A stretch of DNA of 63,695 nucleotides, filler included, from Octopus bimaculoides (GCF_001194135.2; 8 parts of 6 records of this genome joined end to end with filler, not necessarily neighbours in it); one strand, 5' to 3'; shown: positions 49,829 to 63,695, numbered from the whole stretch's first letter. The notes: a model not told the origin generated them from the sequence alone. Program-made: numbers and translations.

Positions 49829-51087
49829 CTGGGTAGGTAAGGTATTTGAGGACCTACTTTTTCTAGGTCATTACTGCATTTTTACTAACTCTGTATAATC
49901 TTTGTTTCAGAAAATATTAATAGCAAACCCTCAGCTAACTCAAGAAATGAAGAGGCATGCTGTTATTGTAGTTTTAAAGGCTGAGCATAGTGATTAAAAA
50001 TATCTCGATTTCTAAAAGTTGGCAGATCTTTCATCTACAAAGTTTGTAAGGAGTTAGAGACTGAAGATGGAAACGTATCACTGGTATCAAAGCATAAAAA
50101 CCATTCTAAAGGCTCTGAAATCATCAGAACATCTGAATTTATCCAGCAAGTTCAACAGACCATTGATTAAAACCCCAAAATTCCATGAAGCCAACTACAA
50201 AATATCTTCATGTGTCAGAAGAAACACTCAGAAATGTTGTACACGAAGACATCAGATATAAGTCTTATATGATGAGGAAAAGTCAGTTTGTCAGAAAGGC
50301 AAAAGAAAATCACTACATCAGATCTAAAAGGCTCTTAAAGAAACTGAAGACTCCAGCAGAATATTTGATTTGGTTTTACTCAAATGAGAAAAACTTCGAC
50401 CAAGATTAAAAAGTTAACAGAAGAAGTGACAGATGGTTATGTGCAGATCCTTCTGAAGTTCCAAGTGTTATGCATACAAAATTTCCTGAAACTGTCATGG
50501 TTTTAGGGTTGTCAGCAATGAAGGACATGTGATGCCTCCTTACTTCTTTCCACAATGCCTTAGAGTTAACTCTGCCGCCTACGTTAAGGTCCTGGAAATA
50601 ACTGTTAAGCCCTGGATAGTCAGTGTATGCAATGGAAGGCCATATGTGTTTCAGTTAGACTGTATTCTATCACACATGGTTCTATTAACATAGGAACGGA
50701 TGGCTGAAAATTTTCATGATCACACAACCCCTAACATTTGACCTCCTAATTCCCCACATCCCGATCCATTGGACTATTACATGAGAGAGAGAGGGGGAGA
50801 GAGAAATCAATGAACACGCTCATAACACCAAAGATTCTTTGAAAGCTGCCATAGTCCGCGTAATGTCCAAAATGAACCAGGACCACTTGATTCGAGCATG
50901 TAGATGATTTGGAGTTTCATCATCTCATATAGAAGCAGTTGCTGAAGCTGAAGGTGACTTTCTTCAATAACATTATAGAAAAGGTTTATTTTTATCCTCA
51001 TAATATTTTTTGATAAATAAAAGTTACTGTTATTATATATGTTTTTTATACACATGAATCTGTGCTAAAACATCTTACGCACCCACG
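49829..51087 (+). mobile_element. maT (DD37D)-like Tc1/mariner transposon, decayed
   Basis: WFYSNEKNFDQD.KVNRRSDRWL, TKFPETVMVLG, GHVMPPYFF, PYVFQLD, PPNSPHPDPLDYY. Degenerate TIRs CTGGGTAGGTAAGGTATTTGAGGAC and rc CGTGGGTGCGTAAGATGTTTTAGCAC. Confidence 0.85.
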
Positions 51088-51509
51088 TGTATAAGTGTTT
51101 ATATATACACGTGTATTTGTGGGAGAATGTGTGTGTGTCTGTGTGCATATATATTCATGTTTTTGTATAAACTAGATGTGTTTGTATAAATTTTTGTGTA
51201 CATTTATGTATTAGGTATTATTATTTTTATTTTTATCCTTATTTTTACTCTTATTACTATCACTTATAAGAAATATATAAAAATATATAAATATATGTGT
51301 ATATTTTGATGTATATGTGTGTGTATATATATATATATATATATNNNNNNNNNNNNNNNNNNNNNNNNNNNNNNNNNNNNNNNNNNNNTTAATTAATTAA
51401 NNNNNNNNNNNNNNNNNNNNNNNNNNNNNNNNNNNNNNNNNNNNTTTGTCCCCTCTATGTTTAGCCCCTTGTGGGCAATAAAGAAATTGAAGATCAAAAC
51501 CAGTCACGA

Positions 51510-51800
51510 TTGAATGCGTGTCCTGAACTGAAACAACAGTTGAAAGTTGATCTCAACTTTTTTTCGAAGGCCATCACTGGTGGCGAAAGCTAATGCAACA
51601 GCTACGACCTGTAAACGAAGCAGCAATCAATTCAATGGAAGCATTCAATGTCACCATGCACCCCACAAAAACGTGTCATGTGAAGTCCAATGTCAACACG
51701 ATGCTGATTTGTTTCATTGATGCGAAAGGAATTCTTCACACAGATTTTGTTTCTCCTGGTTAAACTGCTAACCATACACTTTTACTTGGCCGTTCTGAAG
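51510..51800 (+). mobile_element. mariner transposase internal fragment
   Basis: KAITGGES..YDL.TKQQSIQWK..KSNVNTMLICFIDAKGILHTDFVSPG.TAN, matching mariner ITGDETW/YDPETK/FFD motifs. Confidence 0.8.
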
Positions 51801-52848
51801 TTGCAATTGGTTTTCTTGTTTATGTTCACATAATGTATGAATTTAACTTTTTCGGCCTGGTTGACGCTAAGAATTGAGTGCAGCAGAGAAAAATAATTTT
51901 GTAATGTTGTTATTACAAATTCTGTAATATATATGCTGTAGGTGGAAGTGTTTTTTGAGAATTTACACGAGATAGCTTTTGTTATGTTTATCTAAGTAGA
52001 TTTACCTTAGCAAAAAAAAAAAAAAAAACAGAATTACAAAAGTCTCTTATTACTGGTATTGTGTTAGACTCAAGATACTATGCTTCATTTGGGTGCATAG
52101 TAAGTATTCTTCTTTAGCTTCTAAATATATTTCGAAAGGGACGTTTCATTTCTTTATCTTTAAAAATGTAAATGTGGTTGTTATACGTACTTTAAATGGT
52201 GCGGAGGTATAACCTATATAATTGAACCTTATATTCATTGTCCTATTTATTCAGCTATACTTACTACTGCTAGAATTATTTCTAACCGATAGATATGTGT
52301 TAAGTGCTATACAATAAATATTCTGTATAAAGTTCCTTCATGCAAAAGCTTCATTACAGTAACATGCAGATCCATTAATATGTTAGAAGAAAGGTTTGAA
52401 ATTCTTAGAAGGATATTCTTAACAAGATTGTTTCTTTTAGAAGTGTATGTAGTTTAAAGACTCGTCTGGTTTCCTAAAAGTATAGAAGAAAGTATCTGAC
52501 GTAGCGTTATATATTGAAAGTATATTTTGTGAAGGTTAGTTTCAGTTGTTATGGAGAATATTAATTCGTTGAAGAGTACATGTATTTTCTGATTTCATCG
52601 TTTATTTGTGGATTATAATATTTCAAGAAAATGAAAAATAAAAATAGTTGAAACAGTGGAATAATTCAATGAGTACAATATGTTTTATGTCGAGTAGCAC
52701 AACATATGCGTGTGGTTTTTCTTCAAATTCTATTGATTTTCTATAGAGGAAATAGATGGGCATCCCACATATTGAAAATTGTTTTGTATTATACATATCA
52801 AGGAAATTCTCTCTTTCTTCACACGAATAAAAGGACTGGTCTTTCACA

Positions 52849-53390
52849 TTGTTGGCACTCCGTCGCTTACGACGTCGAGGGTTCCAGTTGACCCGATCAA
52901 CGGAACAGCCTGCTCGTGAAATTAACGTGCAAATGGCTGAGCACTCCACAGACACGTGTACCCTTAACGTAGTTCTCGGGGATATTCAGCGTGACACAGT
53001 GTGACAAGGCTGACCCTTTGAATTACAGGGTTAGGGCAGCGGACTCGCGGTCATAGGGTCGCGGTTTCGATTCCCAGACCGGGCGTTGTGAGTGTTTATT
53101 GAGCGAAAACACCTAAAGCTCCACGAGTCTCCGACAGGGGATAGTGGCGTCCCCTGTTGTACTCTTTCACCACAACTTTCTCTCACTCTTTCTTCCTGTT
53201 TCTGCTGTACCTGCAATTCAAAGGGCCAGCCTTGTCACACTGTGTCACTCTGAATATCCTCGAGAACTACGTTAAGGGTACACGTGTCTGTGGAGTGCTC
53301 AGCCACATGCACGTTAATTTCACGAGCAGGCTGTTCCGTTGATCGGATCAACTGGAACCCCCGACGTCGTAAGCGACGGAGTGCCAACAA
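52849..53390. mobile_element. Inverted dimer of SINE family G with both 3' tails pointing outward
   Basis: Arms 52849-53029 and 53210-53390 (181 nt each, 8 mismatches counted). The spacer is the head and body of the + copy. Confidence 0.92.
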
Positions 53391-53819
53391 CTTATAACAG
53401 TAAATTATATTTGTATAAAAGCGCATTCAATTCAAAATTACGATATTCGTGATTGAAGATGCAATGTAGTTATTGAAGAATTGCTTTCCTGAAGAGGTGC
53501 GTTTCCGGCAAATTATTTGGATATATGGCGGGTGACCTACAGGTTATGAGAAAAATTTACAAAGGATATACGAAAAATGAAATCAATTATAGAAATAAAT
53601 AAAAATACGATCGCAGACATAGTTGCTTAGTATCATAATTTCATTTATATATTAGTAACAATAATAGTAGCATTGTAATACATTCGAAACGCTGATATCT
53701 TTCTTTCTTTCTTTCTATCTATTTATCTATCTATCTATCACAAAGAACAGTGTTTTGTTTTGCAATAATAATATACTACCAAACATATTACAGCTTTACA
53801 AGTCAATACTGTGGCTTTC

Positions 53820-54500
53820 TTTTGTGTTAGCAGTTTATCTCAATGGAATTTCTATAAAATTCAGAAACCGCATTGCAAGCTACGATAATTCGTATCGATG
53901 TAATTTTTCATGCTGAATCTCAGGGGCTAATTCACTTTTTCCAGATTTTTTAAAAAAAGGTTACATAAGTTTAAAATTTGATAATCTTTACTGCAAGTGT
54001 TCTCAACTGTAAACAAATGAAATATTAGCGGAATTCTCAGTTTTTTTTATTTTTCCAAAATTATCAGAAATTTTTTGCAAATTTGTAGTCTATACACGGG
54101 AATGCGTATGATTATGCAAAAAACAAAACAAAAAAATTGGTGCGTGATTTAAGGCCTATTTAGCTATCATTTTTAGCACATCTCACGACCACCTGCATTT
54201 TAAGCATTTAACAAGCAAAAATTGACCACGTAGGCAAGCAGCTCCGTAAGAGCTTGGCTTCATGCTATGGAAACTGACAACTATATGTCTGCGGCTTTCG
54301 ATTGGCTAAAATAACCGCAAATTTGCAAACTTTAAAAGCTATTAACTCTTTATTTATTGATTTATAGTGAAAAGGAATTTCCTGTCAATGATTACTATAC
54401 AAAACTACATCATCACATCTAATATGAAATCAATTGGAACAAAAGTTAAAGAAATTGAAAAGTAACAGCCAAACAGAAACGATCTGTAACGGGTGTACAT
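53820..54500 (-). mobile_element. Family C repeat, uninterrupted copy
   Basis: Reverse-complement homology to 6940-8030; provides the empty site for the SINE B insertion. Confidence 0.65.
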
Positions 54501-55152
54501 GCATATTTCAAAAGTTATGCTTCTTCATTAGTAGCATTTTATGGTTGCAAAACGAAATACTGGGTTCTTGCTACTAATTAATGCCTACGTACAAGTTGCT
54601 TGGAATGTGCTTAATATAAAAATTGGTCTATCCAACGGTGCTTTATCGCTAAACTTAGTGGGTAAGTAAGCAATGTCTTCGTAGATAGTTGATAGGTTGG
54701 CTGAGATACTGGACAGCGTAACTTGCAGTGCTGACTGTGAATTCTGTAGAAACCTATCGAGATAAACTTAAACAATATTATATATANNNNNNNNNNNNNN
54801 NNNNNNNNNNNNNNNNNNNNNNNNNNNNNNNNNNNNNNNNNNNNNNNNNNNNNNNNNNNNNNNNNNNNNNNNNNNNNNNNNNNNNNNNNNNNNNNNNNNN
54901 NNNNNNNNNNNNNNNNNNNNNNNNNNNNNNNNNNNNNNNNNNNNNNNNNNNNNNNNNNNNNNNNNNNNNNNNNNNNNNNTTTGTGAGTGCGCGTTTGTGC
55001 GTGCGTGCATGTGTGTGTGTGTGTGTGGGGGGGGTTATACTTAGTTCTGTAATATGTTCTATATTTACATGCAATTAAAAGTTGAAAGAAGTTCTATATA
55101 GAATCTGACATTTATGAATGAATGTGAACCTCAACGGAAAAGACAAAAAAGA

Positions 55153-55214
<62 letters not shown>

Positions 55215-56188
55215 NNNNNNNNNNNNNNNNNNNNNNNNNNNNNNNNNNNNNNNNNNNNNNNNNNNNNNNNNNNNNNNNNNNNNNNNNNNNNNNNNNNNNN
55301 NNNNNNNNNNNNNNNNNNNNNNNNNNNNNNNNNNNNNNNNNNNNNNNNNNNNNNNNNNNNNNNNNNNNNNNNNNNNNNNNNNNNNNNNNNNNNNNNNNNN
55401 NNNNNNNNNNNNNNNNNNNNNNNNNNNNNNNNNNNNNNNNNNNNNNNNNNNNNNNNNNNNNNNNNNNNNNNNNNNNNNNNNNNNNNNNNNNNNNNNNNNN
55501 NNNNNNNNNNNNNNNNNNNNNNNNNNNNNNNNNNNNNNNNNNNNNNNNNNNNNNNNNNNNNNNNNNNNNNNNNNNNNNNNNNNNNNNNNNNNNNNNNNNN
55601 NNNNNNNNNNNNNNNNNNNNNNNNNNNNNNNNNNNNNNNNNNNNNNNNNNNNNNNNNNNNNNNNNNNNNNNNNNNNNNNNNNNNNNNNNNNNNNNNNNNN
55701 NNNNNNNNNNNNNNNNNNNNNNNNNNNNNNNNNNNNNNNNNNNNNNNNNNNNNNNNNNNNNNNNNNNNNNNNNNNNNNNNNNNNNNNNNNNNNNNNNNNN
55801 NNNNNNNNNNNNNNNNNNNNNNNNNNNNNNNNNNNNNNNNNNNNNNNNNNNNNNNNNNNNNNNNNNNNNNNNNNNNNNNNNNNNNNNNNNNNNNNNNNNN
55901 NNNNNNNNNNNNNNNNNNNNNNNNNNNNNNNNNNNNNNNNNNNNNNNNNNNNNNNNNNNNNNNNNNNNNNNNNNNNNNNNNNNNNNNNNNNNNNNNNNNN
56001 NNNNNNNNNNNNNNNNNNNNNNNNNNNNNNNNNNNNNNNNNNNNNNNNNNNNNNNNNNNNNNNNNNNNNNNNNNNNNNNNNNNNNNNNNNNNNNNNNNNN
56101 NNNNNNNNNNNNNNNNNNNNNNNNNNNNNNNNNNNNNNNNNNNNNNNNNNNNATAGATAGATAGACAGACAGACAGATAGATAGATAA

Positions 56189-56246
<58 letters not shown>

Positions 56247-56553
56247 GGATAGATAGATAGATGGATAGATAGATAGATGGGAGGGAAGAAAGGAAGGAAG
56301 GAAGGAAGGAAGGAAGGAAGGAAGGAAGGAAGGAAGGAAGGACGGCCGAGAAAGTGAGATTTAGAGATAACGACAACAGATCATGATTAATGAGGCTAAT
56401 GCTTCCTTACTAAATATAAAAAGCAGTTGTAAATATAGGCACACGAACTGACTCAGGGGAACTTATAAGGATCTCTGTATTTTTGCGTTTTTATATGAGT
56501 ATCAGCGTGTTTATATGCGTATGATGTTTGAGTGCTCATTAAATGTATGTCAT

Positions 56554-56585
<32 letters not shown>

Positions 56586-58567
56586 TGTATGTATGCATGT
56601 ATGTATGTACGTATGTTTGTATGTATGTATGTAAGGACGGATGGATAGAGGGATATAAGTTATTTAGTTTTATTTCTAAATCATGTTTTGGCCAATTCGG
56701 TTTCTAACCTAGATCCAAGGCTCTTTCATTTGACTTTCAACATGTCCAGTATTAACAGAGTAACTATGCATGAATGGGTGCATATATGTATGTATTTGAA
56801 GTTAGTGCATGTGCTATGTATATATATATNNNNNNNNNNNNNNNNNNNNNNNNNNNNNNNNNNNNNNNNNNNNTTAATTAATTAANNNNNNNNNNNNNNN
56901 NNNNNNNNNNNNNNNNNNNNNNNNNNNNNATATATGAGCAAGCGAGACTGTGTAGAAAGTAGTTTGCTTCCTAATTACATGCATAGGAAGAAAACAAATT
57001 CTTTAAGTATGGTGTCCCACCATGATCGCAGTCTAATGACTGGTACAATTAATGACTAAAAGAATATACATATATATATGTGTGTGTATGTGTGCGTGTG
57101 TGTGTTTGTGTGTGTGTACGCATATATACATATGGAAAGTGAGAGAGAGAGAGGAGAGAGAGGGAAAGTGGGAGAGATGCTTAGTCAGAGAATTTCCTAT
57201 ACATTTTTATAATTGCATATCATTCTTTAACTGGCATATATACTTAGGTCTGTACATTTACATGATTAGCAATTTGTAAGGCTGCATGAGAATATTGTAC
57301 TAATTTCCCTACCGCGGAAGGAACATTTCCGACTCTGCCTTTCACAACAAGCCATTTCAATGTTCTCAATTGAATAGGATATTTATAAGAGAAGCAGAAT
57401 ATGTTCTAGAAGAAAAAAAAATACAGTGAATAGTCAAAAACAAAACAAAACAAAACAAAGAGAGAAGAAAGTATAATATGGAGCCTAACTAGTTAATATC
57501 GGCGTTAAGTTTGAAAATCAAACGTTGGTAGATATTTCCTATTTTATCTGAGAAAATCTCTGTTTCCAAATTCCACATTACAGGTTTTCGACAAAAGAGT
57601 ATAAAGATTAACTTCAACTATAAATGTAATCACAATTTCAATATCAAAGCTGTAGGATGGATCTATACCACAAAATTAAGATCATCCACTGGAAGGCAGC
57701 ATCAGCAATACGATGTTAAATGTACTAATACCAAATAAAGATATTAAAATACCGGGTCAAAATATTATCCAATAGTTACATTGAAGATAATTACACAACG
57801 TTTACCAAAGTATTTTATAGCAAATGTACTCAGTGTCATAAATAGTATAAACTTCATTTCATTTCCGATAATTCATGTGGAGATTGAACGAGAGGTGTTT
57901 ATCGTTAAATAGACTAGTCAGTATTCAGAATTGTAACCAACTTATGTTAACGGAACTAAAGCATGTCTTTCTATAGCGAAATGCAGCATTTCCATTGGTA
58001 CAGACTTGTGGAATAAACAATGAATTATGTGAAACGAGGTTCAGTTTAAAAATCGTGATTTTATCAAGAAAATATCGTCAAATCTACTAGCAAACATCAA
58101 GAACAGATTAAAGGCTTGTCGCTTAGTGTGATGGTGTGACTGGGTGTAAAATGTTTCCCAAACTGTTATACTTGTTAATAAATACTGGCACCAAATGTGC
58201 ATTTGTTTATAGGCATTAAAACATTTGTTGCCTCACTTTTGAACATGCTGCTGCAACAATCCTAAATATAGGTTGTTTCAAGTGTTACAAGAAAGGCTAA
58301 CGCTTTATAGATTTCGCATGTTGCATTCATCTTTTGCCCCAATCTTTTCTGCAATTTGTTATTCAACAATCTTATCATAACTATTATGTCCCATAAACAA
58401 ACCCCATCTCTAAATGCTTTTCCGATCATTCCACCCTAAACTTTTGGGGGCAATGATTTATTATTTGGGTTGAAATCTTATATTGAACACACGCCAGGTA
58501 ACATCTCTTAATACACCGAATTTTCACCGGTTTCAGTGGAAGCAAAGAAAGCTGCAGTCTTGTTTGC

Positions 58568-58653
<86 letters not shown>

Positions 58654-59640
58654 CGCACACATACTTACGCACGCGTGCATAAATATGTACTTTCTGTCTG
58701 TTTGTCTGTCTGTCTCTCTATCACACACGTTCTCCCTCTCTCTCTCGTTCTATCTCTTTTTAGCACTCTGAGTATGTTCTCAACGTCACCAAGGTTGTCC
58801 CTCTTGTTCCAGCCAGATCATAGACAAAACAAAATGAATTGTTTGTGCTCTTCCATTTTCAGTTCTCTTAAAAATCAAGGCGTATTAGGCTGTATAAGTA
58901 TCAAGATTATTGTTCATCATATTCTCTATTCTGCTTGATCGTAATCACGTATACTAGCTTCTATGTATTTGCTTCAGCAGCATTTATGTACTCACATTTA
59001 CAGCTAAACCATAGTGAGTGCGAATACGCTTTACATGTGTGTCAGAAGATACTGTGAAATTGCAATTTTGTTGACCATGCATTTTCAACAATGAGTCATA
59101 GCAGTCTATAGTATAAACTTAGTAAAACTAGATAAAAAATGTTAACTGATGTATAGCATCCAATATATAATTACACAAATGAACACTATATGATTAATAA
59201 TAAAAACATCATTAACAGTGAAATGCAAACCAAAAATCAACAGACCTACGTAAGTAAAATAGACCATGAAAGAAGCCAAAAGCAAAGGCTTATTATAGAC
59301 ATTTTTATAGTCGGCTATTAAAATTTTCTAAATTATAATATTATATCACACGATCTTTTGTTGCAAACCAGACAACAAAGCACCGTGATTATCGTTTTAT
59401 TCAGATAACGAGGATAAAATTCTGAGAGACTGATGAACAGAGCAGTTAGAGGTAAATATAAACATCAAGAACTAATAAGTAAAATATGTTCCATAAATTT
59501 GAAGGAAACCTGACATACTCGGACACACACAAACATGCGTATTTATCCAGAGGCCCAAACACACACATCCTACTTACACACACACACATACACATACACA
59601 GAGACATACACACAAAGACACACACATACATACATAAAAT

Positions 59641-59679
<39 letters not shown>

Positions 59680-60207
59680 TATATGAGAGTGCTTGTTTAT
59701 GTATGAGTGTTTAGCCCCGAAATTGTGTGAAACGGTGAGCCCTCGAGAAAAACTTCGAAATCTACGTCTCAAGCGGATGGTTGTCTGTAATAAGAAGAAA
59801 AATATAAATTCCTACGAGAAATAACTCAACTTTTTTGATCGACATGTCTCCCACTCTCTACCTGGCAGCATCTCNNNNNNNNNNNNNNNNNNNNNNNNNN
59901 NNNNNNNNNNNNNNNNNNNNNNNNNNNNNNNNNNNNNNNNNNNNNNNNNNNNNNNNNNNNNNNNNNNNNNNNNNNNNNNNNNNNNNNNNNNNNNNNNNNN
60001 NNNNNNNNNNNNNNNNNNNNNNNNNNNNNNNNNNNNNNNNNNNNNNNNNNNNNNNNNNNNNNNNNNNNNNNNNNNNNNNNNNNNNNNNNNNNNNNNNNNN
60101 NNNNNNNNNNNNNNNNNNNNNNNNNNNNNNNNNNNNNNNNNNNNNNNNNNNNNNNNNNNNNNNNNNNNNNNNNNNNNNNNNNNNNNNNNNNNNNNNNNNN
60201 NNNNNNN

Positions 60208-60492
60208 NTGTGAATGGATTTGCTAGGCGGAAACTGAAAAAGGCCCGTCGTATATATGTATATGTATGTGTGTGTATATGTTTTTGTGTCTGTGTTTGTC
60301 CCCCCCATCATTGCTTGACAACCGACACTGGTGTGTTTACCTCCCCATAACCTAGCGGTTCGGCAAAAGAGACCGATAGAATAAGTACTAGGATTACAAA
60401 GAATGACTCCTGCGGTGGTTTGCTCGACTAATGGCGGTGCTCCAGCATGGCGGCAGTCAAATGACTGAAACAAGTAAAAGAGTAAAAGAGTA
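60208..60492 (+). mobile_element. SINE family D/F body, internal microsatellite and 3' tail
   Basis: GGAAACTGAAAAAGGCCCGTCG-(TA/TG)n-..GGCGGTGCTCCAGCATGGCGGCAGTCAAATGACTGAAACAAG-(TAAAAGAG)2. Confidence 0.88.
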
Positions 60493-60679
60493 AGCACAGT
60501 GTTTCGTTAGGTAGGACCCCGTAAATTGAAGTATTACTGTGCATAATATACTTTTATCAATTTCTGTTGAAAGATTCCTTGTGTGAAGTTGTGAGTTGAA
60601 ACAGATATTGTTGTATTTCGGACAGTCATTTTTTTTTTTTTTTGCTAAATAAATACAGGCACTATATATTTGTTCTTCA

Positions 60680-61492
60680 TTCGTTTATTACTGTTCTTAT
60701 TTTGACTGATGTCCATTGTCCGGAAATCTTTCGTCACGTATCTGTGATCTCTTCCACGACACTTTTCGTTTTTAGGTGTGCTCTAGTTCCACTTACTCTG
60801 TTCTGCTCTTCTATGATGCGCATACATTTGCGTCCGTGTTTCTGTGTGTATTTGCGTGTTTGTGTATGCGTGTATGTGAGTATGATTCTGTGTGTGTCAT
60901 TGTTCTTAGCAGCAGCATTGCCTTTCCTTCAGCCCCATCCTCTCACCCCATTGTGCTGCTGCAGTCCTAGGACGCGAAAATTTAGTACAGTTCTTGTATC
61001 TCTCTGTGTCTCGTCACAGATACATGACGAAAGGTGTTGCCAACACGGTAGTTGTTGTTACTGCTAACGTTGTCACCATCACTGCTGCTCGTATTGTTGG
61101 TATTGTTGATATTGCTGCGGTCGTCTGTGAAGTTACCAAATTTCCGGGTACTAGGACAGCAGCAGCACAATGGAGTGAGAGGATGGGCCTGAGGGAAAGA
61201 CCATACTGCTGCTAAGAACAATGACACACACACACACAAGAATGCACACACACACAAGAATGCACACACACACACACACAAGAATGCACACACACACACA
61301 TACACATAGACCCACACAAAAACAAACACAAACGCATGCGCACATGATGATACACATCATAGAAGAGCAAAATGCAGTAAGTTGAGTAAGAGCACAAAAA
61401 TGAAAAGTGTAGCTGAAGAGCGCACGGATATGTGACGAAGTATTTCCGAACAATGGCCATGAGTTTAAGTAAGAACAGTAATAAACGAGGGA
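60680..61492. repeat. Diverged inverted repeat, arms about 310 and 360 bp
   Basis: 60680-60990 aligns to the reverse complement of 61130-61492 (e.g. GTCATTGTTCTTAGCAGCAG, CCCATCCTCTCAC, ATTGTGCTGCTGC). Confidence 0.8.
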
Positions 61493-61520
61493 AGACCAAA
61501 TATATAGTGCATATGTTTTA

Positions 61521-61638
<118 letters not shown>

Positions 61639-62125
61639 TGTGTTTGTGCGTATGTGTTTGTATATAAATTCTATAATTATGTCTGGGAAATATCTTATGG
61701 TAGAGGAATAGTATTTAACTGCTATTTCTAAATTTCGGTATGTGGTGAAGCATTTTTTGCACCCTAATTATAAATATGCTTATAATTATAGAATGTTTGT
61801 ATAAGGTTACCGATAAAGGTTATTTTAACATACCGAACTACTTGGTAAAATTATTAGTTATTAATTAGTTTATTAATTTTACCCTTTATTTTATATACCT
61901 AGTTATGGTATATTGTTTAGAACGTATAAAGCTCATACAGTTTAAAACCATTTTTCAATTANNNNNNNNNNNNNNNNNNNNNNNNNNNNNNNNNNNNNNN
62001 NNNNNTTAATTAATTAANNNNNNNNNNNNNNNNNNNNNNNNNNNNNNNNNNNNNNNNNNNNATATATATAGTCAATTCAAATAAACATATAGTTCAAATA
62101 AATGTGGATGTGCAAAAGAAATGTA

Positions 62126-62158
<33 letters not shown>

Positions 62159-63486
62159 TATAAGGGGGTGAAGTGGCATAATCATTTGAGCATCAGATAG
62201 AAAGTGCTGTGCGGTTTATTTTGAATCTCTGTAATTTGAGTTCAAATCTAGGTCAATTTTGCCTTTCATCAGAATTATAGAAATTTGGTGAAGCACTTTT
62301 TCTCATTATTTTTTTCTGATTTTGCCTGGTTAAAAAATAAGAGCTTTTGCTCCTGTGTTTTTGTGTTCTCTCTCTCATACACAAACAGTTAATTACTGTC
62401 TCTTTCTCTGATCTCTCTCTCTCTCTCAATTTACTATTACCGGCTATAACATGAGAGAAAGATAGATAGATAGATAGATAGCGATAATGAGAAAGCGAAA
62501 GAGAGAAAGTGAAAGAGAGGGAATAAAAAAGCAAAAGAGAGAGAATGAGAAAGCAAAAGAAAGAGAGAGGGGGAAAGATAAGAGATACATAAAACTGCAT
62601 TACTGTCATCATACAACCAGACTGATGGTTTACATCCCAATAAAGTCTTTACATTGATAACTAACTGGTGTTTGTTTGGCCATCTTCCAGGATATGAGAA
62701 AGTATCTTTTATATTGTTATGGACACACATGCACACACATACACATGTGTTTGTGAATGTATGCATATAAACAGAAATATACTGTAATAACATGTTTACA
62801 AATATATGCTGCCAGCCACAGAGATAAAAACCAGATGCAATTTTAACAATATGGTTTAGGAAAAATACCTCAGGGGAATATTCTGCATATTAAACAGAAT
62901 TAGAGTAGGGTATTACATATAGTGAGTTGAAAAATTTCGATTAACTGACCTTACTGGAGTTATTATCTACTTCGCTTGTTTTTTAGATTCCAAATAACCC
63001 TAGAGGGAGTTTTTATCTATTAATTACTTGGATTATCTCAATTGATCAAAGTTTTTCAACCTACTACATTGCATATATGAAACCTTACCACAGATGAAAC
63101 TTTAACTATTTACAAACACACACACACACACAGTGTATACTGTGTTCTCTTCCTGTGATTATTTTATTTTATTATCCTGTTCTGTATGGCTTATTTTTGA
63201 TAGCTCTAGCTATAGCTACAGAGAAGTCCCATTAACAGGTGTTCAAAACCACAGTAAAGTTTAGTTGATGGCTGACGAGGGGAAGTTATTTGTTTATATT
63301 TGTCTTTTCATTTTAAATTCTTTGCATGTAAACTCTTGCTGAAAGACATTCTGCACTCCGTTTTTATCTCATCCTGTAATTAGTTTTCGTTCTATTTTCC
63401 ATTTCATAACTTTTATGAGTTCATATCAGAAGCTAAAAAAAAAAAAGGAAGTGTGTGCACATGAGTGTGTGTGTCTGTATTTGTAG

Positions 63487-63571
63487 CAGTGTTGTTGATG
63501 GCATTTCTCCTGTCAATAATTTGTGTGCTCACTTCATATCTTGGAAGTCGGGAGGAATACTTCAAAAGCAG
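63487..63571 (+). CDS. Candidate internal exon encoding a transmembrane helix (xVLLMAFLLSIICVLTSYLGSREEYFKSR)
   Basis: TTTGTAG acceptor, 85 nt open in one frame (phase 1 to phase 2), AG|GTATGG donor, about 20-aa hydrophobic run. Confidence 0.65.
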
Positions 63572-63627
63572 GTATGGGTTAGCATCCAGCAGTAAAAGAA
63601 ATAATACTGCAATACCATATTTGTGCA

Positions 63628-63695
<68 letters not shown>

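Noticed and set aside
50062-50080. CTGAAGA-TG-GAAACGTA hammerhead-like string
   Set aside because: No stem II, and it lies inside the mariner transposase coding region.
58996-59051. Possible 56-nt minus-strand exon (SSDTHVKRIRTHYGLAVN, CAG acceptor, GTGAGT donor)
   Set aside because: Splice sites and a short open frame of this size arise by chance; no homology support.

Overview
AT-rich, microsatellite-dense, gap-ridden eukaryotic DNA. The SINE families and repeat load suggest an octopus (coleoid cephalopod) draft assembly; this is inference, not proven here. Most of the supplied ORF track is noise from simple repeats or N-runs. The window is mainly decayed mobile DNA: a Tc1 with TIRs, a maT-like mariner, a mariner fragment, a hAT, a Helitron 3' half, five Penelope-like element (PLE) relics, R4/Dong LINE fragments and about 20 copies of four tRNA-derived SINE families. 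Host coding signal is sparse: two plausible small + strand exons (signal-peptide-like at 3682, transmembrane-like at 63487) and a 172-codon - strand exon-like frame with one in-frame TGA. Most notable observations: (1) seven hammerhead ribozyme (HHR) motifs, two with intact catalytic cores (19768, 38086); (2) a tRNA-Arg-derived SINE with an internal HHR, one copy having a PLE-style inverted 5' duplication, possibly a ribozyme-bearing SINE mobilised by Penelope machinery; (3) a U6 snRNA / LINE-tail / poly(A) chimeric retrocopy; (4) tail-outward inverted retroposon dimers and fold-back templated insertions. Coordinates were read by eye; element boundaries are approximate unless defined by a TIR, TSD or splice site.
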